Positions 48,193 through 59,192 are shown, numbered from the whole stretch's first letter. The stretch is DNA of 63,775 nucleotides, filler included, from Deltaproteobacteria bacterium (GCA_030698575.1; 14 parts of 14 records of this genome joined end to end with filler, not necessarily neighbours in it), one strand, 5' to 3'. Numbers and translations are program-made. The notes: generated by a model not told the origin, from the letters alone.

Positions 48193-49224
48193 TACACCTC
48201 CGGCACCACCGGGAAGCCCAAGGGCGCTGTCCGCGACGCCTCCAAGGCGGGCATCGGCACGCTCGTCGAGCTGCTCCGCATCGTCCCCTTCCGGCGCGAC
48301 GACCGCCATCTCGTCGCCGCGCCGCTGTACCACGCCACCGGTTCGGGGTTCCTGACCGTGCACGTGGGGCTCGGCTCCACCATCGTGATGATGGACAAGT
48401 TCGACCCCGTCGAGTTCCTCGAGATCGTCGACCGCGAGAAGATCACCACCACCGCTCTTGTTCCAACCATGCTCCGATCCGTTCTGATGCTCCCGGAAAA
48501 GGTCCGCAGCAAGTACGACGTGTCGAGCATGCGAATCATCATCTGCACCGGTTCGGCGCTCCCCGAGAAATTGAAGGAAGAGTCGCGCGCCTACTTCGGC
48601 GAGGTGCTCTACGATCTCTACGGCTCGACCGAGATGGGCTGGGTGACCGTCGCCACGCCCGAGGCGCAGCGCGAGAAGCCCGGGAGCATCGGCAAGGCCG
48701 TGCCCGGCGTTGACATCGTCCTGCTCTCGGAGGACCGGAAGATCGTCGGCCAGGGCGAGCTGGGTGAGCTGTACGCCAAGAACAAGCTGCTCATCGAGGG
48801 CTACCACAAGAACGACGAGGCCACGCGCAACTCCCTGTGGAACGGCTACTTCAGCGTGGGCGACCTCGCCGTGCGCGACGAGAAGGGCTACATCACGCTC
48901 GTCGATCGAAAGACCGACATGGTCATCAGCGGCGGAATGAACATCTACCCCGCCGAGATCGAGCTGGTCTTGATGGGACACCCCAAGGTTCACGAGGTCG
49001 GTGTCATCGGCATCGCCGACGAGCACTGGGGCGAGGCCCTGCTGGCCTGCGTGGTCGCGAAGGCCGGCCAGTCGATCACCGAGGACGAACTGACGGATTT
49101 CTGCCGGAAGAGCCTGGCCGGCTACAAGATCCCGCGCCGCTTCGAGCTGCTCGAGGAGCTGCCGCGCAATCCCACGGGGAAGATTCTGAAGAAGGAGCTG
49201 CGCGCGAAGTACGCAGCCAGCTGA
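48193..49224 (+). CDS. Acyl-CoA synthetase (AMP-binding), 5' truncated
   Basis: Begins at YTSGTTGKPKG; also YGSTE, GDL, DRKTDMVISGG.NIYP and LPRNPTGK. Confidence 0.92.
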   Translation, partial: YTSGTTGKPKGAVRDASKAGIGTLVELLRIVPFRRDDRHLVAAPLYHATGSGFLTVHVGLGSTIVMMDKFDPVEFLEIVDREKITTTALVPTMLRSVLMLPEKVRSKYDVSSMRIIICTGSALPEKLKEESRAYFGEVLYDLYGSTEMGWVTVATPEAQREKPGSIGKAVPGVDIVLLSEDRKIVGQGELGELYAKNKLLIEGYHKNDEATRNSLWNGYFSVGDLAVRDEKGYITLVDRKTDMVISGGMNIYPAEIELVLMGHPKVHEVGVIGIADEHWGEALLACVVAKAGQSITEDELTDFCRKSLAGYKIPRRFELLEELPRNPTGKILKKELRAKYAAS

Positions 49225-49270
49225 GCGCCGGGGCGCGGCCCGGTCCATTCAACCCGCCAGCGAGCCTCCC

Positions 49271-50461
49271 ATGCCGGCGAGCCTCAGGCCCATCTTCGAG
49301 AAGGCCCGCAGCGGTGGCGTGCTCGACGCCGACGAGGGCACGCGGCTTGCCGAGGCGCCGCCCGAGGCGCTCGACGACCTGCTCGACGTGGCCGGCTTCC
49401 TGCGCGACCGCGGGCACGGCCGCACCGTCACCTACTCGAAGAACGTCTTCATCCCGCTGACCAACCTCTGCCGCGACATCTGCGACTACTGCACCTTCGC
49501 CAAGAAGCCCGGCGACCCCATGGCGCGCACCTGGACGCCCGGGGAAATTCGCGCGATCTCCCGCAAGGCGCGTGCCGCGGGTTGTCTCGAGGCGCTCTTC
49601 TGCCTGGGAGACAAGCCCGAGCTGGTCTACGAGAGCTACCGCGAGACGCTGCGCGGACTCGGCTTCGAGAAGACCTCGCAATATCTCGTGCAGGCCTGCG
49701 CCATCTCCCTCGATGAGAACGTCTTTCCGCACACGAACGCCGGGCTGCTCACACGCGACGAGATGGCGGCGCTGCGCCCGCTGAACCATTCGATGGGGCT
49801 CATGCTCGAGAACGTGAGCCCGCGGCTCATGGAGCCCGGCATGCCGCACCACGGCTGCCCTGACAAGGTTCCGCGTCGCAGGCTTCGCATGATGGAGGAG
49901 GCGGGGGAGCTCGGCATTCCCTTCACGACGGGAATTCTCCTGGGCATCGGGGAGACGGCGCGGGAGCGCGTCGAGAGCCTCATCGCCATCCGTGAGCTCG
50001 GCGAGAAGCACGGGCACATCCAGGAGGTCATCATCCAGAACTTCCTGCCGAAGCCGGGGACGGACATGGCGGACCGGCCCGAGGCGGGCGAGGCCCTCGA
50101 GGTCAGGACGGTCGCGCTTGCCCGGCTCCTTCTCGGCGAGCGCTGCCACATCCAGGCGCCCCCCAACCTGAATCCGGCCGCCCTCGGCCGGCTCCTGGCC
50201 GCCGGCATCGACGACTGGGGCGGCGTATCGCCGCTCACCATCGATTTCGTGAACCCCGAGGCCCCCTGGCCCGGGCTCCGGCGACTCGAGTCCCTCACCA
50301 CTGACGCGGGATTCCAGCTGCGCGAGCGCCTGGGCATCTACCCCGAATATCTCCTTGAACGGCGGGGATTTATAGACCCGGCGCTCCTGGAGCGGACCCG
50401 CCCCTTCATGGACGCCGAGGGCTTCGCCCGTCCCCTTCCCACTACGGCCGGCCCCGGCTAA
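49271..50461 (+). CDS. cofG: FO synthase subunit CofG (radical SAM)
   Basis: VTYSKNVFIPLTNLCRDICDYC, SMGLMLE, PFTTGILLGIGE, IQAPPNL and GIDDWGGVSP motifs. Confidence 0.92.
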   Translation: MPASLRPIFEKARSGGVLDADEGTRLAEAPPEALDDLLDVAGFLRDRGHGRTVTYSKNVFIPLTNLCRDICDYCTFAKKPGDPMARTWTPGEIRAISRKARAAGCLEALFCLGDKPELVYESYRETLRGLGFEKTSQYLVQACAISLDENVFPHTNAGLLTRDEMAALRPLNHSMGLMLENVSPRLMEPGMPHHGCPDKVPRRRLRMMEEAGELGIPFTTGILLGIGETARERVESLIAIRELGEKHGHIQEVIIQNFLPKPGTDMADRPEAGEALEVRTVALARLLLGERCHIQAPPNLNPAALGRLLAAGIDDWGGVSPLTIDFVNPEAPWPGLRRLESLTTDAGFQLRERLGIYPEYLLERRGFIDPALLERTRPFMDAEGFARPLPTTAGPG

Positions 50462-50552
50462 AGCCCCCTATCGCTCCCGCCGAAGAGCCTACTGGACCTG
50501 TTTTGCGCCGCCACGCGCGCACCCCTTAATCTTTACCGAGCGGTGAGGCTTC

Positions 50553-51290
50553 GTGCCATCCACGAAAAACAAGAAACGCATAGTCATTGCCGACGATTCG
50601 AAGTTCTGGCGGGAGAAGATTGCGACGGTCATCGCCCGGGGCGGGCATGAAGTCATCGCGGTCGAGAACGGCGTTTCGGCCATCCGGCTCTGCATGGACA
50701 GCCGGCAGCCCGTCGACATGCTGGTGGTCGATCTGATCATGCCCGGCGTCGACGGCTTCGAAGTGGCGCGCTACCTGCGCGCGGAGCAGACGAGCGAGAA
50801 GATACCGATCATGGCCGTCACCGGTCTGTTCAAGCGGGACGATTTCCCGGAAGGGCCGGAGAGCCAGGGGTTCGAGGAGATTGTCGAGAAGTCATCCCCG
50901 CCCGATGAGTTCATAAAGTTCTTCAACAAGTGCCTGTACAAGTCGAACCGGAGCCGGCAGCCGGCGCCCCGGATCCTCGTCGACTTGCCGGCCGAGTTCC
51001 GCCAAAACGAGGGGCAGAGCGGCCGCTGCGTCATCTCGAACCTGTCCGCCACGGGCGCGTTCCTGAGCACCAACACACCGCTCGAGCACGGAACGGAGAT
51101 CTCGGTCGTCTTCGGGCTGCCCGAGGGGCCCTCGATCCGGACCTCGGCCCTGGTCGCATGGGTTAGGGAGACAAACGGCGGGAAGAAGGGAGAGCCACCC
51201 CGCGGCATGGGTGTGCTCTTCAGGCGGATGCAGCTCGGGCTGCAGACGGCGCTCGAGCGATTTGTGAAGGACAAGCTGGTTCAGAACTAG
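50553..51290 (+). CDS. Response regulator receiver + PilZ domain protein
   Basis: IADD and DLIMPGVDG receiver motifs; RQPAPR, NLSATGAF and GMGV.F PilZ motifs. Confidence 0.88.
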   Translation: MPSTKNKKRIVIADDSKFWREKIATVIARGGHEVIAVENGVSAIRLCMDSRQPVDMLVVDLIMPGVDGFEVARYLRAEQTSEKIPIMAVTGLFKRDDFPEGPESQGFEEIVEKSSPPDEFIKFFNKCLYKSNRSRQPAPRILVDLPAEFRQNEGQSGRCVISNLSATGAFLSTNTPLEHGTEISVVFGLPEGPSIRTSALVAWVRETNGGKKGEPPRGMGVLFRRMQLGLQTALERFVKDKLVQN

Positions 51291-51318
51291 CGCCAGCCGG
51301 CTATCGAGAAGGAACAGA

Positions 51319-51349
51319 GCCCGGGGCAATGCCGCCTCGGGCGTTTTTT
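51319..51349 (+). terminator. Rho-independent terminator
   Basis: GCCCGGGGC-6nt-GCCTCGGGC stem followed by GTTTTTT. Confidence 0.65.
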
Positions 51350-51444
51350 ATCGCCTGTCGATCTTCCCCCCGAAACGTTTTATCTTCTCTGCGACGGTGC
51401 CCCGGGCTTTCGGGGCCACGAATTGCAACGACGGGGAGGATTAC

Positions 51445-51981
51445 ATGGCCGGAAAGTTTCTGACCGACATCAAGACCCTTCGCAAGCGCGCCCGGCAACA
51501 CATCGAGAGAGGCGCGGTGACGCAGGGCTACAAGGCCGACCTGAAGACGGCCATAAAGATCCTGAACGAAGCGCTGGCGACCGAGATCGTTTGCGTGCTC
51601 AGGTACAAACGGCATTTCTACATGGCCAATGGCATCAACGCGCAGGCGGTCGCGCAGGAATTTCTGCAGCACGCCAACGAGGAGCAGGTGCACGCGGATG
51701 AAATAGCAGCCCGGATCACCCAGCTCGGCGGCGAGCCGGATTTCTCACCCGACGGACTGACCACCCGCTCCCACGCGGAGTACGTCGAAGGGGAGACGCT
51801 GCTCGACATGATCAAAGAGGATCTGGTCGCCGAGCGGATTGCGATCGATTCCTACCGGGAGATGATCGATTTCTTCGGGAACAAGGACTCCACCACGCGC
51901 CGGATGCTGGAGGGAATCCTCGCCATGGAAGAGGAGCACGCGGATGATCTTGTGACGCTTCTCGGAGAGCTGGACGGTTAG
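51445..51981 (+). CDS. Ferritin-like / bacterioferritin-DPSL family protein
   Basis: LNEALATE, EEQVHAD, EDLVAERIAI and EEEHADD motifs; GGAGG RBS. Confidence 0.88.
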   Translation: MAGKFLTDIKTLRKRARQHIERGAVTQGYKADLKTAIKILNEALATEIVCVLRYKRHFYMANGINAQAVAQEFLQHANEEQVHADEIAARITQLGGEPDFSPDGLTTRSHAEYVEGETLLDMIKEDLVAERIAIDSYREMIDFFGNKDSTTRRMLEGILAMEEEHADDLVTLLGELDG

Positions 51982-51992
51982 ACGGCCATTCC

Positions 51993-53022
51993 TCAGGCCT
52001 TTCCCTTGACCACCTCGTCCCAGTTGGCGGTGAGAAACTTCGCGTGGTGGTGCGCGACGCCGTAGGTCGTGATCTGCGGATTGACGCCCGAGGGAGTCGG
52101 AAACGCGCTCGCGTCGGCAACGAGCAGGTTCTTGGTGGTGTGCACGCGGCCGTTCGAGTTCACGACCGAGTTCGCCGGGTCCTCGCCCATCCGGGCGCTC
52201 CCCATCTGATGCATGCTGAAGACCAGCACCTGCCCTGGCCCCATGGGCGCCTCGTCGATCATGGCGAGGTCCGCTTTGGACTTGATGACCCTGGGCGTCA
52301 TGACGGCGGGGTAGACCGCCTTTGCGCCCGCCGCCAGATACGCCTCAGCGGCGCGCTTGACGCCGTCGCGCCAGACGTTCTGTTGCGTGGCGCTGGCCGC
52401 GTACTCGATCTTCCTGTGACCGTCGCCGTCGAGGGTGACGCTTCCGGCATCGTCCCGGTCGCGAACGAGCACCGCCTGCATCGTGAGCTTGTGGTAGCGC
52501 TCCATCAGATCCCCGTGGAAGATTCCCTGGAAGGGCAGCGCCGTCGAGCTCAGCCCGGGTTGCCCGCCGACGCCCTCGAGCAAATAGCCCGGCTCCAGCC
52601 CGTCGTGGTGCACGTCGCTGAACTGATCGATGAAGTATCCCTGCTTCACGCCGTAGTAGCTGTGAATCTCCTCGTCGAACTCCCCCCAGACGGGAATCGC
52701 CGGATGCAGGTGGAGGTTCTTGCCCACCATGGGCCCTCCGATGCCGGATCGGAGGAGGACCTCCGGCGTGTTGATGCTGCCGCAGGCGAGCACCGTCACG
52801 TCAGCGCGCACCTTGAGGGTTCCGCGCACAGCGTCGGTTTCCGGATCAATCGTCACGCCGTCGACTCCGATCGCACGATCACCCTCGGTGACGATGCGGT
52901 CGACGCGGCAGCCTGCATAGACATCCGCGCCGCGGTTCACCGCCTGCTGGAGAAAGGCGAGCAGCGCGCTCTGCTTGGCGTCGTAGGAACAGCCCTCGCC
53001 GCAGAAGCCCGAGCCCCAGCAG
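51993..53022 (-). CDS. GMC oxidoreductase (5' truncated)
   Basis: LACGSINTP.LL.SG, VGKNL.LHP, HQMGSARMG and DASAFPT.SGVNP motifs. Confidence 0.9.
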
Positions 53023-53122
53023 NNNNNNNNNNNNNNNNNNNNNNNNNNNNNNNNNNNNNNNNNNNNTTAATTAATTAANNNNNNNNNNNNNNNNNNNNNN
53101 NNNNNNNNNNNNNNNNNNNNNN

Positions 53123-53313
53123 ATGGCCTTGAAGAGCGCCTCCTTCGCCGCGAAGCAGAGCGCGAGGCGCCGCGCCTCATCGGGTTTCCCCCTGGCGCGA
53201 AGCGTCTCCCCTTCCGTGAACACGCGGCGGCGGAAGCGATCGCCGCCACGCGCAATCGCGGCGGCCATGCGTCCGGCATCCACGATGTCGATTCCAACGC
53301 CGACGACCCGCAT
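53123..53313 (-). CDS. acpS: Holo-ACP synthase (3' truncated)
   Basis: GVGIDIV, RVFT..E and FAAKEALFKA motifs. Confidence 0.9.
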
Positions 53314-53497
53314 CTGTTGCACTCCGCGCCCCGATTCTCCGGCCCCGCGGCGGGCCTGCACCGTGCCCGCAACCCATTGACTTTAATCTCCTTTGGAATA
53401 TATTTCTTGGCCTTCCCGAGCGCTTATCGAGTCACCGGTCCCCAGGGGGCCCTTCCCGACTCCGCCGGACGCCACATCAGCCTTTGAAGGAGATCTC

Positions 53498-54502
53498 ATG
53501 TCCATCCGCGTGGGAATCAACGGATTTGGCCGCATCGGGCGGCGCGTTCTCCGCGCTGTCGCGGACGACAAGGACTTCCAGGTCGTGGCCATCAACGACC
53601 TGACCGACGCCAAGGTGCTGGCCCATCTTCTGAAGTACGACAGCGTGCACGGGCGTTTCAGCGGCAGCGTCGAGGTCAGAGACAAGGCCATTGTTGTCAA
53701 CGGGCGGGAAATAGCGGTCCTGGCGCTGAAGGATCCGGGGGAGCTGCCCTGGAAGGAGCTCGAGGCGGACATCGTGCTCGAGAGCACGGGGCGCTTCGTC
53801 GATCGGGAGAGCGCCTCCCGGCACCTGTCCCAGGGAGCGAAAAAAGTCCTCATCTCGGCGCCCGCGAAGGACGAGGACATCACCATCGCCGTCGGGATCA
53901 ACGAGAAGAACTACGACCCCAAGAAGCACCACGTCATCTCGAATGCTTCCTGCACCACGAACTGCCTCGCCCCGGTGGCGAAGGTCCTGCACGAGGGCTG
54001 GGGGATCGAGCGCGGGCTGATGACCACGATTCACTCCTACACCAACGATCAGCGCATTCTCGATCTGCCTCACACGGATCTCCGGCGCGCCCGGGCCGCG
54101 GCGGTCTCGATGATCCCCACGACCACCGGCGCCGCCAAGGCGGTCTCTCTCGTGCTGCCCGAGCTCAAGGGCAAGCTCGACGGCATGGCGATCCGCACGC
54201 CGAACTTCAACGTCTCGGTGGTGGATCTGACGGCGAGCCTCGCCAGGCCCGCGACCGCAGAGGACATCAACGCGGCTTTCCGGAAGGCCGCAGCCGGACC
54301 CCTCAAGGGGATCCTGGCCGTGAGCGACGAGCCCCTGGTGTCGATCGATTACAACGGCGACACCCACAGCTCCACGGTGGACGCCCTCAGCACGCGCGTG
54401 ATCGACGGCACCCTGACGAAGGTTCTCGCCTGGTACGACAACGAGACGGGCTACGCGCAGCGCTGTGTCGATCTCATCCGTTACATCGCGAAGAGCCTCT
54501 AG
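53498..54502 (+). CDS. gap: Glyceraldehyde-3-phosphate dehydrogenase type I
   Basis: [19 protein letters not shown] and WYDNE motifs. Confidence 0.97.
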   Translation: MSIRVGINGFGRIGRRVLRAVADDKDFQVVAINDLTDAKVLAHLLKYDSVHGRFSGSVEVRDKAIVVNGREIAVLALKDPGELPWKELEADIVLESTGRFVDRESASRHLSQGAKKVLISAPAKDEDITIAVGINEKNYDPKKHHVISNASCTTNCLAPVAKVLHEGWGIERGLMTTIHSYTNDQRILDLPHTDLRRARAAAVSMIPTTTGAAKAVSLVLPELKGKLDGMAIRTPNFNVSVVDLTASLARPATAEDINAAFRKAAAGPLKGILAVSDEPLVSIDYNGDTHSSTVDALSTRVIDGTLTKVLAWYDNETGYAQRCVDLIRYIAKSL

Positions 54503-54510
54503 GCGGACAC

Positions 54511-55698
54511 GTGACCTTCCCTTCGATCGCCACCGCCGATCTCGCGGGCAAGCGCGTGTTCATCCGCGCCGACCTGAACGTCCCCCTCGACGAGGCGGGC
54601 GGTGTAGCGGACGATACGCGCATTCGCGCCTCGCTCCCGACCATCCGTCTCGCTCTCGATCGCGGGGCCTCGGTCGTGCTTGCCTCGCATCTGGGCAGGC
54701 CCAAGGGAAAGCCCAGTCCGAAACTCTCGCTCCGGCCGGTCGCCGGGCGCCTTTCGGAGCTGCTGGAACGCCCGGTCGCCCTGGCGCCTGACTGCGTCGG
54801 ACCGGAGGTCGAGAAGCGCGCAGCGAATCTCGCTCCCGGCGAGGTGCTGCTGCTGGAGAACCTGCGCTTCCACGCCGGGGAGGAGAAGAACGACCCCGCC
54901 TTCGCGCGCGCCCTCGCCTCGCTCGCGGACGTCTGGGTCAACGACGCATTCGGGGCGGCCCATCGAGCCCACGCGAGCACGGCGGGCATGGCGGCGCATG
55001 TGAAGGAGAAGGCCGCCGGGCTCTTGCTGCAGGCGGAGGTCGAGGCACTGTCCCGGCTTCTCTCGGGGCCAGCGCAGCCCTTCGTGGCGATCATTGGCGG
55101 CGCCAAGGTTTCCGACAAGCTTGCCGTCCTCGAGAACCTGCTGGGCCAGGCCGACCGCATCCTCATCGGCGGGGCCATGTCCTACACCTTCCTTGCGGCG
55201 GAGGGGAAGCCCACGGGAACCTCGCTCGTCGAGCCCGAGCGCATCGACGACGCCCGGGCTCTCCTTGCCAAATCCGGCTCATCCGGGAAGATCGCCCTTC
55301 CCACTGATCACGTCATCGCCCGGAAGGTCGAGCCGCACGCCGAATCGCGCGCAACATCCTCGGCCGACATCGCCGACGGCTGGGCCGGCGTTGACATCGG
55401 CCCCGTGACGGCCCGGTCCTACGCGAACGAGATCGGGAAGGCCAGAACCATCTTCTGGAACGGACCCATGGGGGTCTTCGAGATCGAGCCCTGGAATGCC
55501 GGCACGCTCGCCGTGGCGCGGGCCGTGGCCTCGGCCACCGGGGATGGGGCGCTGAGCGTCGTGGGCGGAGGCGATTCGGTGGCCGCCATTCACGCGGCTG
55601 GGGTTGCCGATCGCATCACGCACATAAGCACCGGCGGCGGCGCGTCGCTCGAGTTCATCGAGGGTCGGACGCTGCCGGGAATTGCGGCGCTCCAGTAG
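54511..55698 (+). CDS. pgk: Phosphoglycerate kinase
   Basis: [28 protein letters not shown] and STGGGASLE motifs. Confidence 0.97.
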   Translation: MTFPSIATADLAGKRVFIRADLNVPLDEAGGVADDTRIRASLPTIRLALDRGASVVLASHLGRPKGKPSPKLSLRPVAGRLSELLERPVALAPDCVGPEVEKRAANLAPGEVLLLENLRFHAGEEKNDPAFARALASLADVWVNDAFGAAHRAHASTAGMAAHVKEKAAGLLLQAEVEALSRLLSGPAQPFVAIIGGAKVSDKLAVLENLLGQADRILIGGAMSYTFLAAEGKPTGTSLVEPERIDDARALLAKSGSSGKIALPTDHVIARKVEPHAESRATSSADIADGWAGVDIGPVTARSYANEIGKARTIFWNGPMGVFEIEPWNAGTLAVARAVASATGDGALSVVGGGDSVAAIHAAGVADRITHISTGGGASLEFIEGRTLPGIAALQ

Positions 55699-55742
55699 CA
55701 GCCAGAATTTCCCGGAATTTCGCGGAATCTCAAGGAGGGGGC

Positions 55743-56519
55743 ATGGAGAACGGGCGCAGGCCGGTGGTCGTGGGTAACTGGAAGATGTACAACACTCAGT
55801 CCGAGGCGTCGGCGCTCGTGAAGGAGTTGCGCCGGCTCGTCGACGACGTGAGCGACGTGGATATCGGTGTTGCGCCCCCGTTCACGGCGCTCTCCATTGT
55901 GAACCGCGATCTGCAGGGCAGCACCATGCGCCTGGCGGCGCAGAATTGCTTCGTCGAGGAGAAGGGCGCCTTCACGGGCGAGGTCTCGGCCAGAATGCTC
56001 GCCGATGCGGGGTGCGCCTACGTCATCGTGGGCCACTCGGAGCGGCGGCACATGTTCGGCGAGCCTGACGACGATATCTCAAAGAAGGTCAAGATCGTGC
56101 TGCACCATAACATGACGCCGATTCTCTGCGTGGGCGAGACGCTCGACCAACGCGACGAAGAGCAGACCTTTCGCGTGGTCGGCCGCCAGGTGGAGATCGG
56201 GCTCTCGGGATTCACGGCGCGAGGGGTCGAGAGGACCGTCATCGCCTACGAGCCCGTCTGGGCGATCGGGACGGGGAAGACCGCCACGCCTGATCAGGCC
56301 CAGGAAGTGCACGCCTACATCCGGGAGTACGTGAAGGACGTGTACGGAGAAGAGGCGGCAAGCAAGATCAGAATCCAGTACGGCGGTTCCGTGAAGCCGT
56401 CGAACGCCCGCGAACTCATGGCCCAGCCCGACATTGACGGGGCTCTCGTGGGGGGCGCCAGCCTGGAAGCCCCCTCTTTCGCCGAGATCATCAGAGCCGC
56501 CGCTACCGCGCGTGCCTGA
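55743..56519 (+). CDS. tpiA: Triosephosphate isomerase
   Basis: GNWKM, GHSERR, AYEPVWAIGTG and YGGSV motifs. Confidence 0.97.
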   Translation: MENGRRPVVVGNWKMYNTQSEASALVKELRRLVDDVSDVDIGVAPPFTALSIVNRDLQGSTMRLAAQNCFVEEKGAFTGEVSARMLADAGCAYVIVGHSERRHMFGEPDDDISKKVKIVLHHNMTPILCVGETLDQRDEEQTFRVVGRQVEIGLSGFTARGVERTVIAYEPVWAIGTGKTATPDQAQEVHAYIREYVKDVYGEEAASKIRIQYGGSVKPSNARELMAQPDIDGALVGGASLEAPSFAEIIRAAATARA

Positions 56520-56545
56520 CAGGCCCCCATCGAAGGAGTAACCGA

Positions 56546-57031
56546 ATGATCGCCCTGCTGACCACAGTTCACGTCATTATCTGCTTCCTGCTGGTCGCCA
56601 TCGTGCTCCTGCAGGCGGGCAAGGGCGCCGAGATCGGCGCGGCCTTCGGCGGCGGCGCCAGCCAGACGATGTTCGGAAGCCGCGGCGCCGCAACCGTGTT
56701 CCAGAAGGCGACGGCCGCCGTGGCGATCACCTTCATGCTGACCTCGCTCGGGCTCGCCTACTTCTCGCGCCAGACGCGCGGTGGCAGCGTCGTCGACGAG
56801 GCGGGCGGACCTCCGGTCACGCAATCGGCCCCCGCCGAGGCCGGTGCAGGCGCCGCTGGAGCCGCGGGAGAATCCGGAACGGAAGGCGCGGCCGGCGAAA
56901 CGGGCCTTCCCGGCGCGCCGGGCGATGCGGTGCTGCCGGGGATCCCCGTCACACCCGGCGCTGAAAGCGCCGGCGACGCGCCGGCGCCACCGGCGACCCC
57001 CGCGGAAGACGCGCCGCCTGGCCAGCCGTGA
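56546..57031 (+). CDS. secG: Preprotein translocase subunit SecG
   Basis: VLLQAGKGA..GAAFGGG motif, two TM helices, follows tpiA, low-complexity tail. Confidence 0.93.
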   Translation: MIALLTTVHVIICFLLVAIVLLQAGKGAEIGAAFGGGASQTMFGSRGAATVFQKATAAVAITFMLTSLGLAYFSRQTRGGSVVDEAGGPPVTQSAPAEAGAGAAGAAGESGTEGAAGETGLPGAPGDAVLPGIPVTPGAESAGDAPAPPATPAEDAPPGQP

Positions 57032-57095
57032 CGCTTCCTGCTAGTATTTCGCGCTCGCGCCGCCGGAACGCCTCCAGGCGCGCGCGGTTTCCCGA

Positions 57096-57182
57096 GCCCA
57101 GGTGGCGGAATTGGTAGACGCACCAGCTTGAGGGGCTGGCGTGGGCAACCACGTGCTGGTTCGAATCCAGTCCTGGGCACCA
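57096..57182 (+). tRNA. tRNA-Leu(GAG)
   Basis: GCCCAGG..GGCGGAATTGGTAGAC, arm CCAGC-TTGAGGG-GCTGG, long variable arm, ACCA end. Canonical position after secG. Confidence 0.96.
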
Positions 57183-57355
57183 TATCAAGGGCCGGCCGCC
57201 GGCCCGAGACGACCGGAGCGCCACGTCACGCGACGTGGCGCTTCCCGTTGGGGCGCCTCGACTCTGTCACCCCTTCGCGTTACCCTCGGAGCTTGCCTGG
57301 CACGCGCCGGGCGCTTTCCCTGGCCCTCCCCCGGGCCTCACCCTGAGAGGCACCC

Positions 57356-57966
57356 ATGGCCGACATCCTGCTCTGGGCCATCGCCGGGCTCGTCGCGGTT
57401 GCCTGTGCGCTGCTGGCGATGCTGCTGGCGCGCCTCTCGTCGAAGGGGCAGGAAGCCCTGCAGAGCGGACTGCGCGAGGATCTGCGCGCGGCGAGGGAAG
57501 AATCGAACCGGGCAGCTCGCGATCTTCGGGAAGAGATCACAAAAAACCTTCAGGGCATGGCGCAGGGCATGACGACCCAGTCGCAAAACTTCGTCGAGAC
57601 GAACCAGGTCACGATCGATCGCCTTCGGAACACAATCGACGAACGCCTGAAAGGGCTTCAGGAAGGGAACGAACGGAAGCTCGACGAGATGCGCAAGACC
57701 GTCGACGAGAAGCTGCACGATACGCTGGAGAAGCGGCTGGGCGAGTCCTTCAAGCTGGTCAGCCAGCATCTCGAAGCGGTCCAGAGGGGGCTCGGCGAGA
57801 TGAAGAGTCTCGCCGACGGCGTGGGCGATCTCAAGAAGGTCCTGACGAACGTCAAGACGCGGGGCACCTGGGGTGAAGTCCAGCTGGGCGCCATCCTGGA
57901 ACAGGTCATGAACGAGGATCAGTACGCGAAGAACGTCCAGACCAAGGATGGATCGGGCGAAATAGT
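57356..57966 (+). CDS. rmuC: DNA recombination protein RmuC (3' truncated)
   Basis: TVDEKL..TLEKRLGESF and LTNVKTRGTWGEVQL motifs. Confidence 0.92.
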
Positions 57967-58066
57967 NNNNNNNNNNNNNNNNNNNNNNNNNNNNNNNNNN
58001 NNNNNNNNNNTTAATTAATTAANNNNNNNNNNNNNNNNNNNNNNNNNNNNNNNNNNNNNNNNNNNN

Positions 58067-58298
58067 GCAGCACCCCGGCGTGGGGCCAGCCCAACTCCCA
58101 AAATGAGCGCGTGAGCATCGCGTAATCCGCGTAGTTCCTGGTTACGACACACCGGCCATCGGCTGCCGCCAGCCTCAACTGGTCTTCGTCCGACAGACCG
58201 TCTCGGCCGCACTCATGCGAGCTCACTACGTCAAGGTCGCTAGTTCGGCCGATCGCTGCTATTTGCTGCGACAGGTCCTCATCGAGGTAGAAGCGCAC
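58067..58298 (-). CDS. DUF5615 PIN-like toxin (3' truncated)
   Basis: MRFYLDEDL..SDEDQL..A..GR.VVTRN..D..HAGV motif. Confidence 0.85.
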
Positions 58299-58724
58299 CT
58301 ACCGGCCCTGTTCCGGCCTTGTAAAAGGGTGCGCTTCCCAGACGGACTCCGGTGTCCACTGCTTCTCCAGGGCAATCCTGTCCTCGATCTCCTCAGGATA
58401 GGCTTGAGCGTAGGCCAGGGCAGCCCGCAACTGAATATCCGAAAGCCAGTGGTAGGCGCTTTGCAACCGCCCCCGGTCCTGGCCCATCTCACGGTACGCC
58501 TTGACAATCTCGAAAACATCGATGCCAGTCCCTGCGACCCTGGCCACCCGCCCACTTGGGCTATCGACGAATACTATTCCTGCGATGCGTCGCATCTTCA
58601 CGGCTTCGGAGAGCATCTGGTTGGCTACAGTCGAGAAGTCGCGGCCGGTCCGGCGAGACGCCTCCTCGATTGCGGTGCGCGTTTCCTCGGGAATACGTAT
58701 GCTAATCGGTTTCGCAGATGACAT
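58299..58724 (-). CDS. RHH + DUF433 antitoxin-like protein
   Basis: N-terminal ISIRIP ribbon; ARVAGTGIDV..Y..L...QLRAALAY motif; abuts the PIN gene. Confidence 0.85.
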   Translation of the reverse strand: MSSAKPISIRIPEETRTAIEEASRRTGRDFSTVANQMLSEAVKMRRIAGIVFVDSPSGRVARVAGTGIDVFEIVKAYREMGQDRGRLQSAYHWLSDIQLRAALAYAQAYPEEIEDRIALEKQWTPESVWEAHPFTRPEQGR

Positions 58725-58822
58725 GGTCGCCTCCGTCGGCTATGTAGCCGTTGTCATACATATGATACAGCAGTCAGGCGCACTACGTCAAAGGGGAGGA
58801 ACTCCTATCCTCACGGGGTAGT

Positions 58823-58913
58823 CAAGAAGGGGCTGGCCCCTTCTTGGGGGGACCATAGGGGTCTCCCCTATTGCCCCCCCAACCCTTTTCTCCCTGAAAG
58901 GGAGGGGAGGGTT
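58823..58913. repeat. Three tandem GC-rich hairpins (REP-like)
   Basis: CAAGAAGGGGC/GCCCCTTCTTG, ATAGGGG/CCCCTAT within G/C runs, and AACCCTTTTCTCCCT/AGGGAGGGGAGGGTT. Confidence 0.6.
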
Positions 58914-58937
58914 ATCGATGGATGAGAAGCGATGAAA

Positions 58938-58967
58938 TTGACGAGCCGTTCGTCCGTATGCTAAACT
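58938..58967 (+). promoter_or_regulatory. Sigma70-like promoter
   Basis: TTGACG-18nt-TAAACT with extended TG, just upstream of the riboswitch. Confidence 0.6.
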
Positions 58968-58984
58968 TCAGTTGATCCACAGTC

Positions 58985-59151
58985 TTGATAGAGGTGCGGA
59001 AATCATTAGTACCGGCACGGAGCCGGGGGCGGTGTGGAGGTGTCGGGAAAGGGGTTTTCGCCGAAGTTGGGGGAAGTTCCCGCTTCCTCCGGCTGGGACG
59101 AGGTCAAACAGGCCCCGGACTGTCACTGGGCGGCCAGTGGAGCGCTATTGA
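58985..59151 (+). ncRNA. Lysine riboswitch (L-box)
   Basis: Conserved elements in order: ATAGAGGTGCG, AGTA, GAAAGG, CGCCGAA, CTGGG, GACTGTCA, TGGAGCGCTAT. P1 pairing TTGATAG/CTATTGA. Confidence 0.88.
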
Positions 59152-59158
59152 AGGCGGG

Positions 59159-59192
59159 AAAGGCTGACGATGAACGCTCGTCAGCCTTTTGT
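59159..59192 (+). terminator. Intrinsic terminator (riboswitch expression platform)
   Basis: AAAGGCTGACGA-7nt-TCGTCAGCCTTT perfect stem ending in TTTTGT. Confidence 0.8.

Noticed and set aside
57182-57356. Integrated element at tRNA-Leu
   Set aside because: No integrase and no duplicated tRNA 3' end in the fragment; rmuC follows directly.
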